This document shows, piece after piece, positions 1 to 12,400 of a stretch of 64,000 bases of DNA. A program made the translations under genes and the position numbers. The notes under the pieces were generated by a model, which saw nothing but the letters and a program-made list of their open reading frames with translations, did no database searches and was not told where the DNA came from. Origin of the DNA: Convolutriloba macropyga (lineage: Eukaryota); contig NC_134475.1 in the NCBI RefSeq assembly GCF_964194025.1, positions 50,778,001-50,842,000 on the forward strand, in the 5' to 3' direction. Within the stretch, counting starts at the first letter, position 1. Each line of letters opens with the position of its first letter.

Positions 1-327
1 AGAAAATGACGATCAAAACCTAAAGCAGATGTAAATTAGCCTAACAAATTAACACAAAAAAGTATCTTAAATTTGAACATTCTAGACGCAAATCCAAATA
101 TGTTTTATTCTGAAAATACAAGATGAGACAAAAATAGTCTTAATATCGCTTTAGGGTTATCAAAGCCCGTAATTGTTAAAAATGGTAAAATATATGGGCA
201 ACAAAAAACAAAAAATTAAAAACTCTCATAAATCGATGTGAAAATTAAAATATTTGAAATCTTTAAACCTCAATAACTTTCAATCTTACACTCGACGCTT
301 GACGGGTTATCTAGTGCTAGCACTCAC

Positions 328-415
328 AAATATATCGATCAGCCAAAATTTGCTTAGGAAAAATAACTCGTTGAGCATGTAGTCTCTTCCCTCCAAAAAC
401 GGGGTCGGAACAATC
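328..415. repeat. Dispersed repeat family C (copies also near 14270-14372, 25540-25745, and inverted at 39282-39490)
   Basis: Shared core atatatcgatc..ccaaa..gttgag.at.tagt..cct..ccc..aa..gggtcggaacaat. The ORF track shows the same peptide (GFF.LFS.FGRSIYSS) at 25641-25826(-) and 38969-39379(+). Confidence 0.7.
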
Positions 416-820
416 ATCAATCTTTGTTTAAAAGCACTGATTTTAGCAGTTCGTGTTTTAGTTTTGCCTTATCAGACAATTCATTTTTTGTTGAATTGTT
501 TTCTGAGATCTCATTTTGAATTCATCTGATAAATATATCACGAAAAATGTATGTCATGAGAAGTCCGTAACTTTTCTTAAGCAGGTGGCCATTTAGCTTT
601 TGGGATCAAATTGGAAAAATACACATTTTTTTAATCAAATAGTCGGACAACTGGGGCCTTTCTCATCATTACTCCATACGTCACGAATTTATAGCTCCCC
701 CTGAAGGTATATTTACGGTAGTGAGGGCTATTGGGATATGCGTTATCTGAGTACTAAGCTATGGTTGAGGGGTGGGGTGGGATAAGGGCTCGAATGGGAA
801 ACACCCCGACAACTACTCTG

Positions 821-1230
821 TTATTTCAGTTCCACTTTCTTATCATTGAGATTCGCCATCTCCTTTTCTGTGGCAACATTTGATCGGATAAAGCGTAACA
901 ATACACAGACAGCCAATCCAGCGACCAAGTAAAGGGTAACGGACGCTGCATAAGATTCTTTTGCCAGAAATTGAGCACACAAGGGTGACATCGCTAAACC
1001 AGTTCTCGCAAAACTGTCGGCGAAACCCGAAGCTGAAGATCGAGTGAATGTCGGGTATATTTCGTTAATGTATAGACTGAATGTCAGCTCCGTAGCGATA
1101 CAGAAGATTTTGTCAATCAGGGCTGATAATGTTCTGGCCCAGTCTGGCATGACAATATAAAAGGTCAAAAATAAAACGGTGGAACAGGTCATTGAGTAGA
1201 ACATTGTTAAAATACGACCCAGGCGATCAA
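821..1230 (-). CDS. Terminal coding exon of an MFS transporter (SVOP/SV2/SLC22-like), C-terminal TM helices
   Basis: Acceptor ccttctttcag| precedes xTT-GAT-CGC-CTG-GGT-CGT (DRLGR, MFS cytoplasmic-loop motif). EIYPTFTRSSASG matches the ExxPTxxRxxxxG motif of SLC22/SVOP. Four hydrophobic segments follow, then TAA at 821-823. No upstream exons were found; they may lie in the gap. Confidence 0.8.
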
Positions 1231-1917
1231 CTGAAAGAAGGATCTGTTTCAACGATATAGACTAGACTATCGTTGCTAAAAACTCATCTTTTATAATTCA
1301 AATCAATCGACCCGATGCTTATTTTGTTCTCAAAATTTTTCGATTTCTTTTCTCAAATATAGCAAAAAAGTATCTCACCGTCATTGGAGAACAAGGCACA
1401 ACTTTTATCTTTTTTGACCAGCATCATTTAATCTGACAACCTTTTTAGAGACCAATTTAACATAGAATGACAATCCATGTTTTAGAAAAATTACTGTCTG
1501 GGCAAAGTTTTAGGGAAGTATGTTCTTTTAGGTTGTATTTTGCCACTTGCAGGTGTTGTACACGCAATAAAGAATATCAATTTGGGGTAGGAAAATCGAA
1601 AGCGCGTTTCGTATCATTCTTATTTAACTGTATTCAGAAGCATTATCCGCCGTTGCGTCATTATTCTAAGAAATTGCAAGACGATTGAATACATTCTTAT
1701 GGAAAATCCTGATGGAAAATGAGCCAATGAAAAATTTCAAAATGCATGAATTTTTGAGCATTCATTTCTCAGAAAAATGAAAAGGAAGATCCTTAAGAAG
1801 GCAAGCGAAGAGCGGGATTACAGGGGCATTTGAAACAATCCTCCTTGTCACAAGAATTCTTAGATAGAAATGAAGAGAACAATTTTTTACCAATCAGAAA
1901 TTGCAATTGAGTTTCCC

Positions 1918-2117
1918 NNNNNNNNNNNNNNNNNNNNNNNNNNNNNNNNNNNNNNNNNNNNNNNNNNNNNNNNNNNNNNNNNNNNNNNNNNNNNNNNNNN
2001 NNNNNNNNNNNNNNNNNNNNNNNNNNNNNNNNNNNNNNNNNNNNNNNNNNNNNNNNNNNNNNNNNNNNNNNNNNNNNNNNNNNNNNNNNNNNNNNNNNNN
2101 NNNNNNNNNNNNNNNNN
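1918..2117. other. Assembly gap (200 N)
   Basis: Run of exactly 200 N. Confidence 1.
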
Positions 2118-5052
2118 ATGCCCTCTGGGCACTACCTGTTTATCCCGTCTTTGAGGACGAAAAGTCAAATGGGTCAGATGAAAAATCGGTCAAGCAAAAA
2201 ATTGCATTAAAAAACCAGCAGAATAATATAATTGCTACAAACTTTGCTTGAGAGCAATTAAAAACGACTTTGCTTGAGAGCAATTAAAAATGAATTTTAT
2301 TCACCAGAGTCTGCGTGCAAAGTTACAACCTGACTACCGTTACACGAATTGCTTTCAAATGATAGGCGCGGGTTTGACTTTAATTTTAGCTAGCTTAAGC
2401 ATAGGGATTCTTCCCAAAAAAAGTTACTATAAAAGCGAGGGTAAATGTGGAGGAGGGGTAAAAAAGATAATATGGGGTATCATAAAAGTATCATGATGCA
2501 TTTTCAAAGCGATTGAAATCATCAGAACTAAAGACTACCAATAGGGCAAATTACATCACAAACGATTTTAAAAACCTAAAAAGACAAACAAAAGCAATCC
2601 AAAGAACTAAATAAAAAATTGAAAATCCTTGACTTGACCAGCTGAAAAATTGGAAAATCTAGACAACTAGACAAAAATTGACCATTTGAACTAAAATTTT
2701 TTCAAAAAAACTTTTAAAAAAAGCAACAATTTTTGCTATTTTTTATGAAACTTAAGTCTTGACCACCCATTATCTCCTGCCAAAATCTATAGTGTAAACC
2801 TGATTGGACAAATAAAGAGACAGAGGCAAAAACAACAATTTAAAAATTTGAAAAAATGAGCAAAAAGTAGCAACACAAGTTGCCACAGTTATTGAAACAA
2901 GTTTCTTCATCAAGTCTCTGGTGCTACAATCAAACCATCAACTTACTAGCAAACATCAAAATTACCAATTTGTAGTAGTTTCATTTGTACCAACATTGAA
3001 ACAGGCAGAAATTCCAGAAACCTTAGAAATTGAAAACAAACAACTGCGTTGAGGTTGGCATCACCAATACACATTCCTCAATCAGACCCATTTGCGCAGG
3101 CCCTTTCTGACCTGACCAAACAAATTAAAACCCATTAAACGAAATTCAAGTCAAAAACAATGAACTGCACAATTTTGGGCTCTCGAACTTTCGTCCTTTA
3201 ATTAAGACAACCTCGGCAAATTCAGCACACGAAGCAATCGAGAAGCTACTAAAGCCATCTTAGGGACTTTCATGCATGCATCTTCATGCCAACTGTGCTT
3301 TACATGTTTATCCTATGCGTGAACACATCAAACAAAAGCACATAGCCGACAGAACAGAAGAAACAACTTTTATGCTTTCATAAGACATTGGTTGGGATAC
3401 TATATTTCAGATAGTTCAACGCGTTCAATATATTAAACCGTTCTTTTGGTTAGACGGCTCAAAAGCTGCCGGACTTCAAATGAGTTGAAGTTAAATGAGG
3501 TAATAACATAACAGACTAACGACTAACGTCGGGCGAATTGCTATAACACGACCGGCGAACGGTTGGCTTTGTCAGTAGCTAGCTACGTTTTAGTGAGGCT
3601 ATCTTTAGCTTAATTGAAGGGGCGTGAGGTGAGCGCATCGGGGGGGGGCTGATGGTGGCAATTGGGGGAGGGCAACTTTGTTGGGGGGTGGTGGTCTTTG
3701 GATGCACGGGGAATTTACGCCCATAACGATGTGCAGGGGTGTGGATGTGGGGACTGATGTGCGTGGGGAGACTAGTGAGCTAAAGGGCGCTATAATGACT
3801 TAATGCCCTCTGGGCACTACCTGTTTATCCCGTCTTTGAGGACGAAAAGTCAAATGGGTCAGATGAAAAATCGGTCAAGCAAAAAATTGCATTAAAAAAC
3901 CAGCAGAATAATATAATTGCTACAAACTTTGCTTGAGAGCAATTAAAAACGACTTTGCTTGAGAGCAATTAAAAATGAATTTTATTCACCAGAGTCTGCG
4001 TGCAAAGTTACAACCTGACTACCGTTACACGAATTGCTTTCAAATGATAGGCGCGGGTTTGACTTTAATTTTAGCTAGCTTAAGCATAGGGATTCTTCCC
4101 AAAAAAAGTTACTATAAAAGCGAGGGTAAATGTGGAGGAGGGGTAAAAAAGATAATATGGGGTATCATAAAAGTATCATGATGCATTTTCAAAGCGATTG
4201 AAATCATCAGAACTAAAGACTACCAATAGGGCAAATTACATCACAAACGATTTTAAAAACCTAAAAAGACAAACAAAAGCAATCCAAAGAACTAAATAAA
4301 AAATTGAAAATCCTTGACTTGACCAGCTGAAAAATTGGAAAATCTAGACAACTAGACAAAAATTGACCATTTGAACTAAAATTTTTTCAAAAAAATTTTT
4401 AAAAATAGCAACAATTTTTGCTATATTTATGAAACTTAAGTCTTGACCACCCATTATCTCTTGCCAAAATCTATAGTGTAAACCTGATTGGACAAATAAA
4501 GAGACAGAGGCAAAAACAACAATTTAAAAATTTGAAAAAATGAGCAAAAAGTAGCAACACAAGTTGCCATAGTTATTGAAACAAGTTTCTTCATCAAGTC
4601 TCTGGTGCTACAATCTAACCATCAACTTACTAGCAAACGTCAAAATTACCAATTTGTAGTAGTTTCATTTGTACCAACATCGAAACAGGCAGAAATTCCA
4701 GAAACCTTAGAAATTGAAAAAAAACAACTGCGTTGAGGTTGGAATCACCAATACACATTCCTCAATCAGACCCATTTGCGCAAGCCCTTTCTGACCTGAC
4801 CAAACAAACTAAAACCCATTAAACGAAACTCATGTCAAAAACAATGAACTGCACAATTTTGAGCTCTCGAACTTTCGTCCTTTAATTAAGACAACCTCGG
4901 CAAATTCAGCACACGAAGCAATCGAGAAGCTACTAAAGCCATCTTAGGGACTTAAATGCATGCATCTTTATGCCAACTGGGCTTTACATGTTTATCCTAT
5001 GCGTGAACACATCTAACAAAAGCACATAGCCGATAGAACAGAAGAAACAACT
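2118..5052. repeat. Near-tandem duplication of ~1.25 kb (2118-3368 vs 3803-5052, offset 1685)
   Basis: Identical 68-aa ORFs at 2290 and 3975. The first ~590 bp look identical; the rest carries scattered substitutions. The first copy abuts the gap. Confidence 0.9.
3517..3975 (-). mobile_element. HINE/Helentron-like non-autonomous element, family A (G-rich core)
   Basis: Hairpin cgac-taac-gtcg beside subterminal aattgct.. at one end; gagagcaattaaaaa at the other; conserved arm taatgccctctgggcactacctgtttatcccgt. Confidence 0.6.
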
Positions 5053-5399
5053 CGAAGAGTCGTGCAATATAACGTATCCTTACCAAGAAATGTCAAAGAA
5101 AGGATCAAAAAATTTACCACCCTAAAGACTAAGTGTTCGCATGAATTCAGACATTGTTACATGGGCTGTGAGTGTGTAGGAAATTGGGGGGTACGTAGTT
5201 GGGTTGGGGAACATAGTTTGGATGGACTTTATGCGATTAAAACTTCTCTAAATCAACTTTTCACTCTGAATATTACCACAGGTTACTATATACTGAAAAT
5301 TAGAACCACACTGAGTACTCTAAATATATATGCTCAACTTTCGGGAAAAAAAGAACTCAAAAGTTAAAGACACGAACAGATGATTCAGCTGAAACAACC

Positions 5400-5985
5400 G
5401 AATAACGTCAGGCCAATTGCCCTCAAACGAACTGTGAGCGATCTGCTGCTGTAGTAGCCACCTCCGGCTTAGGGATGCTAGAATTAGGGCAGGTACTCCG
5501 AAGTGGGTGTGAGTGCTAGCTTCCAAATAGCCAGGTGAAGGAGGTTGTGGGGGGCTGGTTGAAACTATTAAGAACCGCTCTGCACAATGAATTTAAGGGA
5601 TCTATTCTGTTTCCCCTCCGTGTTTTTTTACGCCCGTTACAAATTATATTTAGTTATTTAGCACATTACTATGTAAAAAATAGCACGTGCGCCTGGTGGA
5701 GTAACAATTATAAGCCCACTAAGCTGGGGGCGGGGGCTAAACAGAACAGATCCAATTTATGTCTCCCCAACAGTTTCGGTTTATCGCAGTCTTAGAGACT
5801 AGTAAGTCATACGGCTCTAAGAGAGCTGCTCAGCCACATAATGGCCTTAAGGCTTAACCTGTTATCCCGTTTTTGATGACGAAAAGTTAAAAGCGTCAGA
5901 TAAAAAATCTTTCGTGCAAAACATCGCACAAAAAAGACCACAGGACTAATATAATTGCAAATTTGTTTCAGAGCAATCAAAAAAG
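5400..5985 (-). mobile_element. Family A copy with a GC-rich core and nested MITE
   Basis: Left arm aacgtcaggccaattgccctcaaacga; right arm cctgttatcccgtttttgatgacgaaaagt...cagagcaatcaaaa. Confidence 0.5.
5596..5753. mobile_element. ~160-bp MITE (TIR agggatctattctg / cagaa(c/t)agatcc); copies also at 47757-47900, 55882-56043, 60316-60462, 61350-61645
   Basis: Terminal inverted repeats plus shared internal tagcacgtg(c/t)gcctg and taagctggggg in five places, in both orientations. Confidence 0.7.
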
Positions 5986-7229
5986 CAGTGTTAAAACTAT
6001 AACCCCTCATTGAGTCGTGAAATGACATAGCATTGCAAAAACTGAAACAGATAACGCTTTTGAGTTCATTAAATTTTTGGCTTTCATTAACACTAGTTTC
6101 AGCGTTGAAGATTTATTATCACTTCGTATGAATTTATATATACTGACAGCTAGTTTTATCTGCAGTTACTATTTACGGTAATGTTCCCTATCCAGTTTCA
6201 CAAAAATAAATATTGTTGTTACTTCTTTTGCTATGTGTTGTTTACAGTTTATGAAAGTACAGGGTGTGCCGCAAAACATTGATTTCTGCCTAGTTCATTA
6301 TTATGATAACTTTAGAGCTATACATATCCAGACGCATTCAAGAGCAGCACTGGTAACTAATGAAACTTGACTTAGCGCAGTTTTATTCGATTATATACTT
6401 TCCCAGCCAATCAAATCTGGAAGTTCAATACGAATTTCAAGCCCATCATCAAAACGACACATTTTTGACATTAACAATAAAACGCAAATATTTCTAACCA
6501 GGTCGGCTCTCAAACGACAGACGCGGGTCAATTGAGCCTTTATCATAGCCATTAAATGAATACAATGTCACTACACTCATATTAAAAGCCTCTCGGAAAG
6601 TCGAACGGTCAAACGAAAAATGCATCCAGCGAAAACGTGCATAAAACGATCAACAGAAATAATGTAATTCCAGCGAAATCAATTATGATAGATTTGAAAA
6701 CTTGCACTCTTAACGAAACGAAATAATAATTTTTGTATTCAAAAATGCATTAAGTTCACCAAAAAATTTATAGCAAAGTAAACCTACTTTTTTTGCTGTT
6801 GGTCGATTTAGCGAAAAACTGCAGAATTAGTGAGCCTTATAAATCGCGAAGATCAATTTCTCATTTAAAATAACCAAAATTTTGCTATAGCCATTTGCAT
6901 TTGAATTTCTGAAAACTGTCAAATATTTAATACTTACAGAATAGAGTGTTCTCGTGGTTAAAAGCCATTACTAGTGTCATTCGAATTGGGGAAAAGTCTT
7001 ATTGTAGCTTGCTTTAGCTGAGCCGTTCAGATGAGGCAAAACTCATGAAGTCAAGGACGCAAAGTCGTCAATCGAAAAGTCAAACAGTCAAGAAAAAATG
7101 CTGCATAAAAACAAACATTTTTTAAGAATTTTTTTAAACATGTAAATTACTCAGAATATAAACCTAAGGTTGGATATCTATATGCTTTAAAATGCTTAAT
7201 AAATTAATCAGCATTGTTATTAAAATAAT

Positions 7230-9490
7230 AATCTTCAAATTGTGGCTGTCCGTTTTCATAGGTAAAAATAGGATCTGAAGGCTCCTATTTGTCTATTAAC
7301 GGGTACTTTCTTGTGCTGATCGAGCAAAAACTCGGTCAAAACATTTTTAAAGCAAGTTTTACTGTTAAAATTTCTTATTGAAGAGGGTATTTTGTTCCAT
7401 TTTTGAACGCTTTTCAAGATTAAAGATTTGTTACTCCACTTCGTTTTCGTTCTTCTTTATAAGAATTTGACTTGTTCTCCTGTTCTGTCCAGCATTAAGG
7501 CGACTAGTAATCATTTTAAAATTTTCGGATATTTCCCAGTGTCTTATATCTGTTTGTAGCTTCATTAGGCTAACTTTTGAGATAAACAATTCCGCTGGCA
7601 GTATACGATCCTTAATGAGATCAATGGAGTGGTCAATTTTTTGTCGAAAATAACAAACTTTTATTCCCCAGTTGATTGGCCTGTTTATTCGGTTTATGTT
7701 TTTCGCTGTAAGAGTTTGAAGGAATACTCCACTGAAAAAAAGATGAGAGAGTACAACTGACTTGAAAACATCCATTCTTACTTACAAAGGAATTTGATTT
7801 CTTACAAGATACAAAGAACGAATTACATTAGCCATTTTGCTTAAAACTGAGTTCAAGTGACTTTCAAAGGTAAGGTTTGAATCAATTTGTACTACCAGAT
7901 AACGACAAACATGAGCTGGTTTGATAACTTCACCTTTAAAAGTAAACTCTGGATCCGAATAAGTATGATTTTTAAAAAATAACATCTGTTTTATCTGTAT
8001 TTAGAGAGAGTTGATTCACCGTCAGGTATTTGTCTGTTTGTTCTAATATTTTTCTCAATTTTTAGCGGAATTTTTTGATCGCTGTCAAATTTGTTTAAAA
8101 AAAAATGTCATCCGCAATATGAACAACATCAATTTCACCTTCCGGTTTTTCAAAGAAATCGTTGACATATAACAGAAAAATAAGAGGTCGTAAGACAGTT
8201 CCTTGTGGAAGGCGAAGATTAATAATTATTTTATCTGATAAGTCGATACCCAGTTTTACGCATTGTGTTCGATTTGCGAGAAAAGAATTGAGAAGTAAAA
8301 TTGTTGATTGAGAGAGAATGAAATTTAAATGAAAGCTTTTGCAAGATCTAAGAACAAAGCACCTGTGTCGTTATCTTCCATATTTCCTATGATTTTTTCA
8401 ATAATGTAAGCACAACGTCAGTAGACGACTACCTAGATTGGAAACCGAATTGTTTTTTGTTCAAGAGCGAATATTTTTCAAGATATTCTACTAACTGATT
8501 AAGTAAGTCTTTCCAAAACTTTTGCAAAAGTTGGTGTTACGGAAATTAGACGATAAATAGTTACAACAGAAACATCTCCTTTTTTGCAATTGGTGTGATG
8601 TGTGCATCCTTAAGAACTGTTGGAAAAACTTTTTCCTGAATACAATCATTAAATATAATGTGAAGATGAGTCCCAATAGCATATTTTCCGAACTTCAATG
8701 CACAAGCATTGATATATCCCGTCCCTGGTGCTTTGTTGTTGTCTAGATTGTCAATAACTTTATAGATTTCCCTGAAAGTAAAAGGTCTAAAGTTAGGCTC
8801 AAAATTTCCGCTCATTTATACGACGTTCAAAAGGAACAATCTGCCCTCTGTAGATGCCCATTTCACTGAAAACTCTTAGAAGCGTTATATATTGAATATT
8901 TGTCTTTCATTTTTTGACCATTTTCATCAATCTCAGTGATGTTTGGACTGTTGTTTTTCCAATTTTTTAATGAATTTCCATTTCTTTCGCGGTTTCAATT
9001 TTCTTAAATCCTCTGAAAACTGATTTTGTGCTTCTTTTAACTTTCGATTTTCAAGGGTGCAACACTTTTTGAATGACACAAATGATTCAGCATTTTGTGT
9101 CTTTGTAGTCATTGAAGCAACGATGTTTCGCAGCAATTAACTGTTTAATTTCTTTTGTCACCCAAGGTTTATCTGAAGTAGTCTTTTTTATATTGGGAAC
9201 TAGTTTCTTCTGTTGGTGCGTTTTTCTCGAATGTTGTCAAAAAAAATTCTATTAAATTCTGCAAACATTTCACTGCAGTTTCTTTGTAGATAAACTCTTC
9301 TCCAATCTGCAAGAGCCAGATCTCTATTAAATTTTTCATCGACAAAAATTTTCTCGTTTAATAAGATTGTTTTGTTTTCCTTCTAACAAAAAAAAGTTTG
9401 CTCTGAAAAAAAAATATATTATGATCAATATCGAAAAGAGGTAAGCAGATTTTCCAACTAGTGATTTGCTAAAAACAGTGATCTATTTGC
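7230..9490 (-). mobile_element. Decayed CR1/L2/Jockey-group LINE (RT ORF remnant)
   Basis: Fragments EIYKVIDNLDNNKAPG..IFNDCIQEKVFP, QFGFQ, ALFLDLAKAF, PQGTVLRPLIFLLYVND and RYLVVQIDSNLTFESH, broken by many frameshifts and stops. Confidence 0.85.
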
Positions 9491-12400
9491 TAAAAACTAG
9501 CGATTTGCTAAAAAGAGTCAAAAAACAGTGAGCTTCTCAGCAGCTCAGGTTATTTAAACCTACTTAATGCCCCTCGGGCTTTACGTTATCACATTTTTGA
9601 GGACAAGTCAAAGTCAGACAAAAAGTTGGTAGTACGAATAATTGCATGTGAAAAGACCGACAGGACTAATAGAATTTTATCGTTTGAGAGCAATTAAAAA
9701 TACACATGACAACAATTATTTCATCAAACTTCGTTCGAGAGCTACAAAAAACAGGCGTAGTTGCTTTTTATTTTTTTAAAAAATACATTTGCAATTGTTT
9801 TTATTTGTATATCCACAATATAATATCCAGCAGCTTTCTGCTCGAAGCAATAGTTAAATTGAAATTGGCGCACTATGAATGCCAGCATCTAAGAGTTAAA
9901 CGTCACTTAGCTTTAATTGCGTCATTCATTTAGACTTAGATAGACAAATATAAAGCAATGATCCACATGAGGGACGGCTTAACGACTAGACAGCTAGATC
10001 TTTATGGGTAAATACTATCTCAGCCTTATTAATATTCACTTGCTCTCCAAAACAAAGACCTCTTAGTATGCTATTTGGTCTCTCAGGTTGCAAAATAACT
10101 ACGCACTTTCGAATGTTATGTCGCATTTAGAGAGGCAAACACAATATTGAGCATGAAAAATAGGTTGACTTTAACCTCGATCAAACGGTAATAGGAAAAG
10201 CTAAAAAAAGACGCGTAGTTGTATTGAAGTTAGCGTTTAAACGGTCTGACTTAGCTCCGTTAATCAATACATGCACCAAAAAGTTGATCTAGAAGCCGCT
10301 GAAGGACTTGAAAGAGCTGTGCAGCTATGTCAGTGCGACTAAAGCGATCCAGATCAAAACAGTTGAACTAGAAACAAAAACAAAATTGTTGTCGCTTTCA
10401 GACAGCCGGTAAAAGTGAAAGCCAATTTTATGAAAACAAAATCTCTACTTGAAACTTCGTCACGACTCTTAGTTATTATGCACCAGAGAAGTTTACCACA
10501 CCATTATGGCCGCTCAATATAGAGAATAATAGTTAACATAACACCCCGCTAGCTTTCACAGGAGGGTTTCAAACACATTCATTCAGTGTTCACATTCAAG
10601 TCATGCGAGCATGAAAACTGACTTTGCTTCTAACCACTTCCATAGCTTCCAAGTCTCAAACTCTAAACGAACAATCACGACTGAATGAACAATTCAAAAT
10701 TGAGGTGCCGCGCAAGAACGGAAACCAATTTGGGAACGTCTGGTTACAATTTCCTTATAGCTGGTTAATAGTACTAACCACAGGGTGATCTAAGCGATCG
10801 GTATTGGAAGTTTATTCTTAGTTTATTTTAAAGAAAATTCTCTGATATTCCGGGATTTGCCCTAATAGGTATTTCATATGAACGTTTTATATTTCACATT
10901 AGCAGAGGCAACTATTTCATTACACGTAGCCTTCTCCAAGCGGGGCATGTGAACGGATTTTAAGCGTCTCTAACATAAAATCGGGAAATCTCGAATTTCA
11001 GATATAATTCACAAAATTTGCAATTCGCAAACTGGAAATAACCAAATGCAGACAAATTCCAAAAGCAGCCGTCAAACAAACTTCGGCTTAAAAGTAAATA
11101 GCTGAGTAAAAACAATTGATTTGCTAGTAAAATGTTAAACCGATAGTGCGTTTGAGCGAAGTGCACTTTTAATAGCAAAATTTTATCAAATTAAATCAAG
11201 AGCAGCCGGCTAAAATCACAAAAAATACCATCTGAACAATAAATTAGCACCTTAGACACAATTGAGCGCTACCTTTTCACTATGAAAGAAACCTGTACTA
11301 AAAAAATTGCGGTTGTACTTGACTTAAGTTGTCAACGTTTGGTCGGTCAAAATGGAAATGGATAAACTCCATGTGTTTCAAGAGCAGGAACAGTGTTAGC
11401 TAAATATTAGGGCAGCTAAACAACCACATGAAAGGAAGTTTAGGATTGTTTTCAGCCTCCTGCTCACAAGGCGGCCATAAAAAGTTCAAAGCCGTGCCGC
11501 TTCAATGACGACAATTGGTGATCAACAATTACCATTTATGGCCTCAAACCAGCTGCGAGTCACAACCATCAGACAAATCAGCAGCTTGCTTCTCAAATTA
11601 GCCAACAGTGCAAATTTTGTAACCAAAGCTTGTGTTTAATTAGATTTGACAAGTTTGCAATGACACCATTGCAAATTTCATTATTAAAATACCATACCCT
11701 TTCCCCGTCCAACGACCACAACTTGTCAAATAACCCTTTCACCCCCCCCCCCCCCCCCACAACGATTTTGCTCCTTACAGCAGAGAAAGTAAATTTGTAA
11801 GACTTCGCCTGTTGAAAATCAGGTTTAACATTTCCACGCCAACATCATAATTTAGTAATGTGTGTTTGCACAAAGTTCAAAAACTTTTACGTTTTATTCA
11901 AAAACTTCCCTCATACAAAAACTTTTACGTTTTATTCAACGTGTGAATGATAAGATTCATAGGTTTATCAAACTGGAAAGAACATTTCACTAAACTGTTG
12001 TACAAAATTTTCAAAGTTTGTCGGAACAATAAGTAGAGCAGGAAGTAACGTGTTTTGGAGTTGCAAGCGAATTTAATGAGTTGTCAATGTTCATTCTCGT
12101 GAAATCATAAACATGAAAAATCACTGATTGTGTAAGTTATTATTATGAGAATGTTGACATTTCTGTGTTGCTAGAGTTGCAGCTATAAAAAGAATAATTG
12201 GACAGAAAGAGAAAACATGTTTTGACAAAATTTTTCAAAGGTCTTAAAAAATAGTCAGAGGGTGTTATACTGAAACATTAAAATGAAAAATGACAAAGCT
12301 TTTAATTTGGGTTCATCTTTGAGGTTCCAGTATCAATTTATATTGAACATATTGGATAAAAGAGTAAACCTACAAAAAACCTTTCAAAACTATATGGTTA

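Noticed and set aside
1870-2251. ORFs spanning the N run
   Set aside because: Artefacts of the assembly gap
2290-4181. Duplicated 68-aa ORF MNFIHQSL.. as a small gene pair
   Set aside because: It lies in a duplicated repeat flank, the ATG overlaps the element terminus, and there is no recognisable motif.
5320-5580. GC-rich open frame on the minus strand as a missing MFS exon
   Set aside because: No transporter motifs, and it sits between family A arms.
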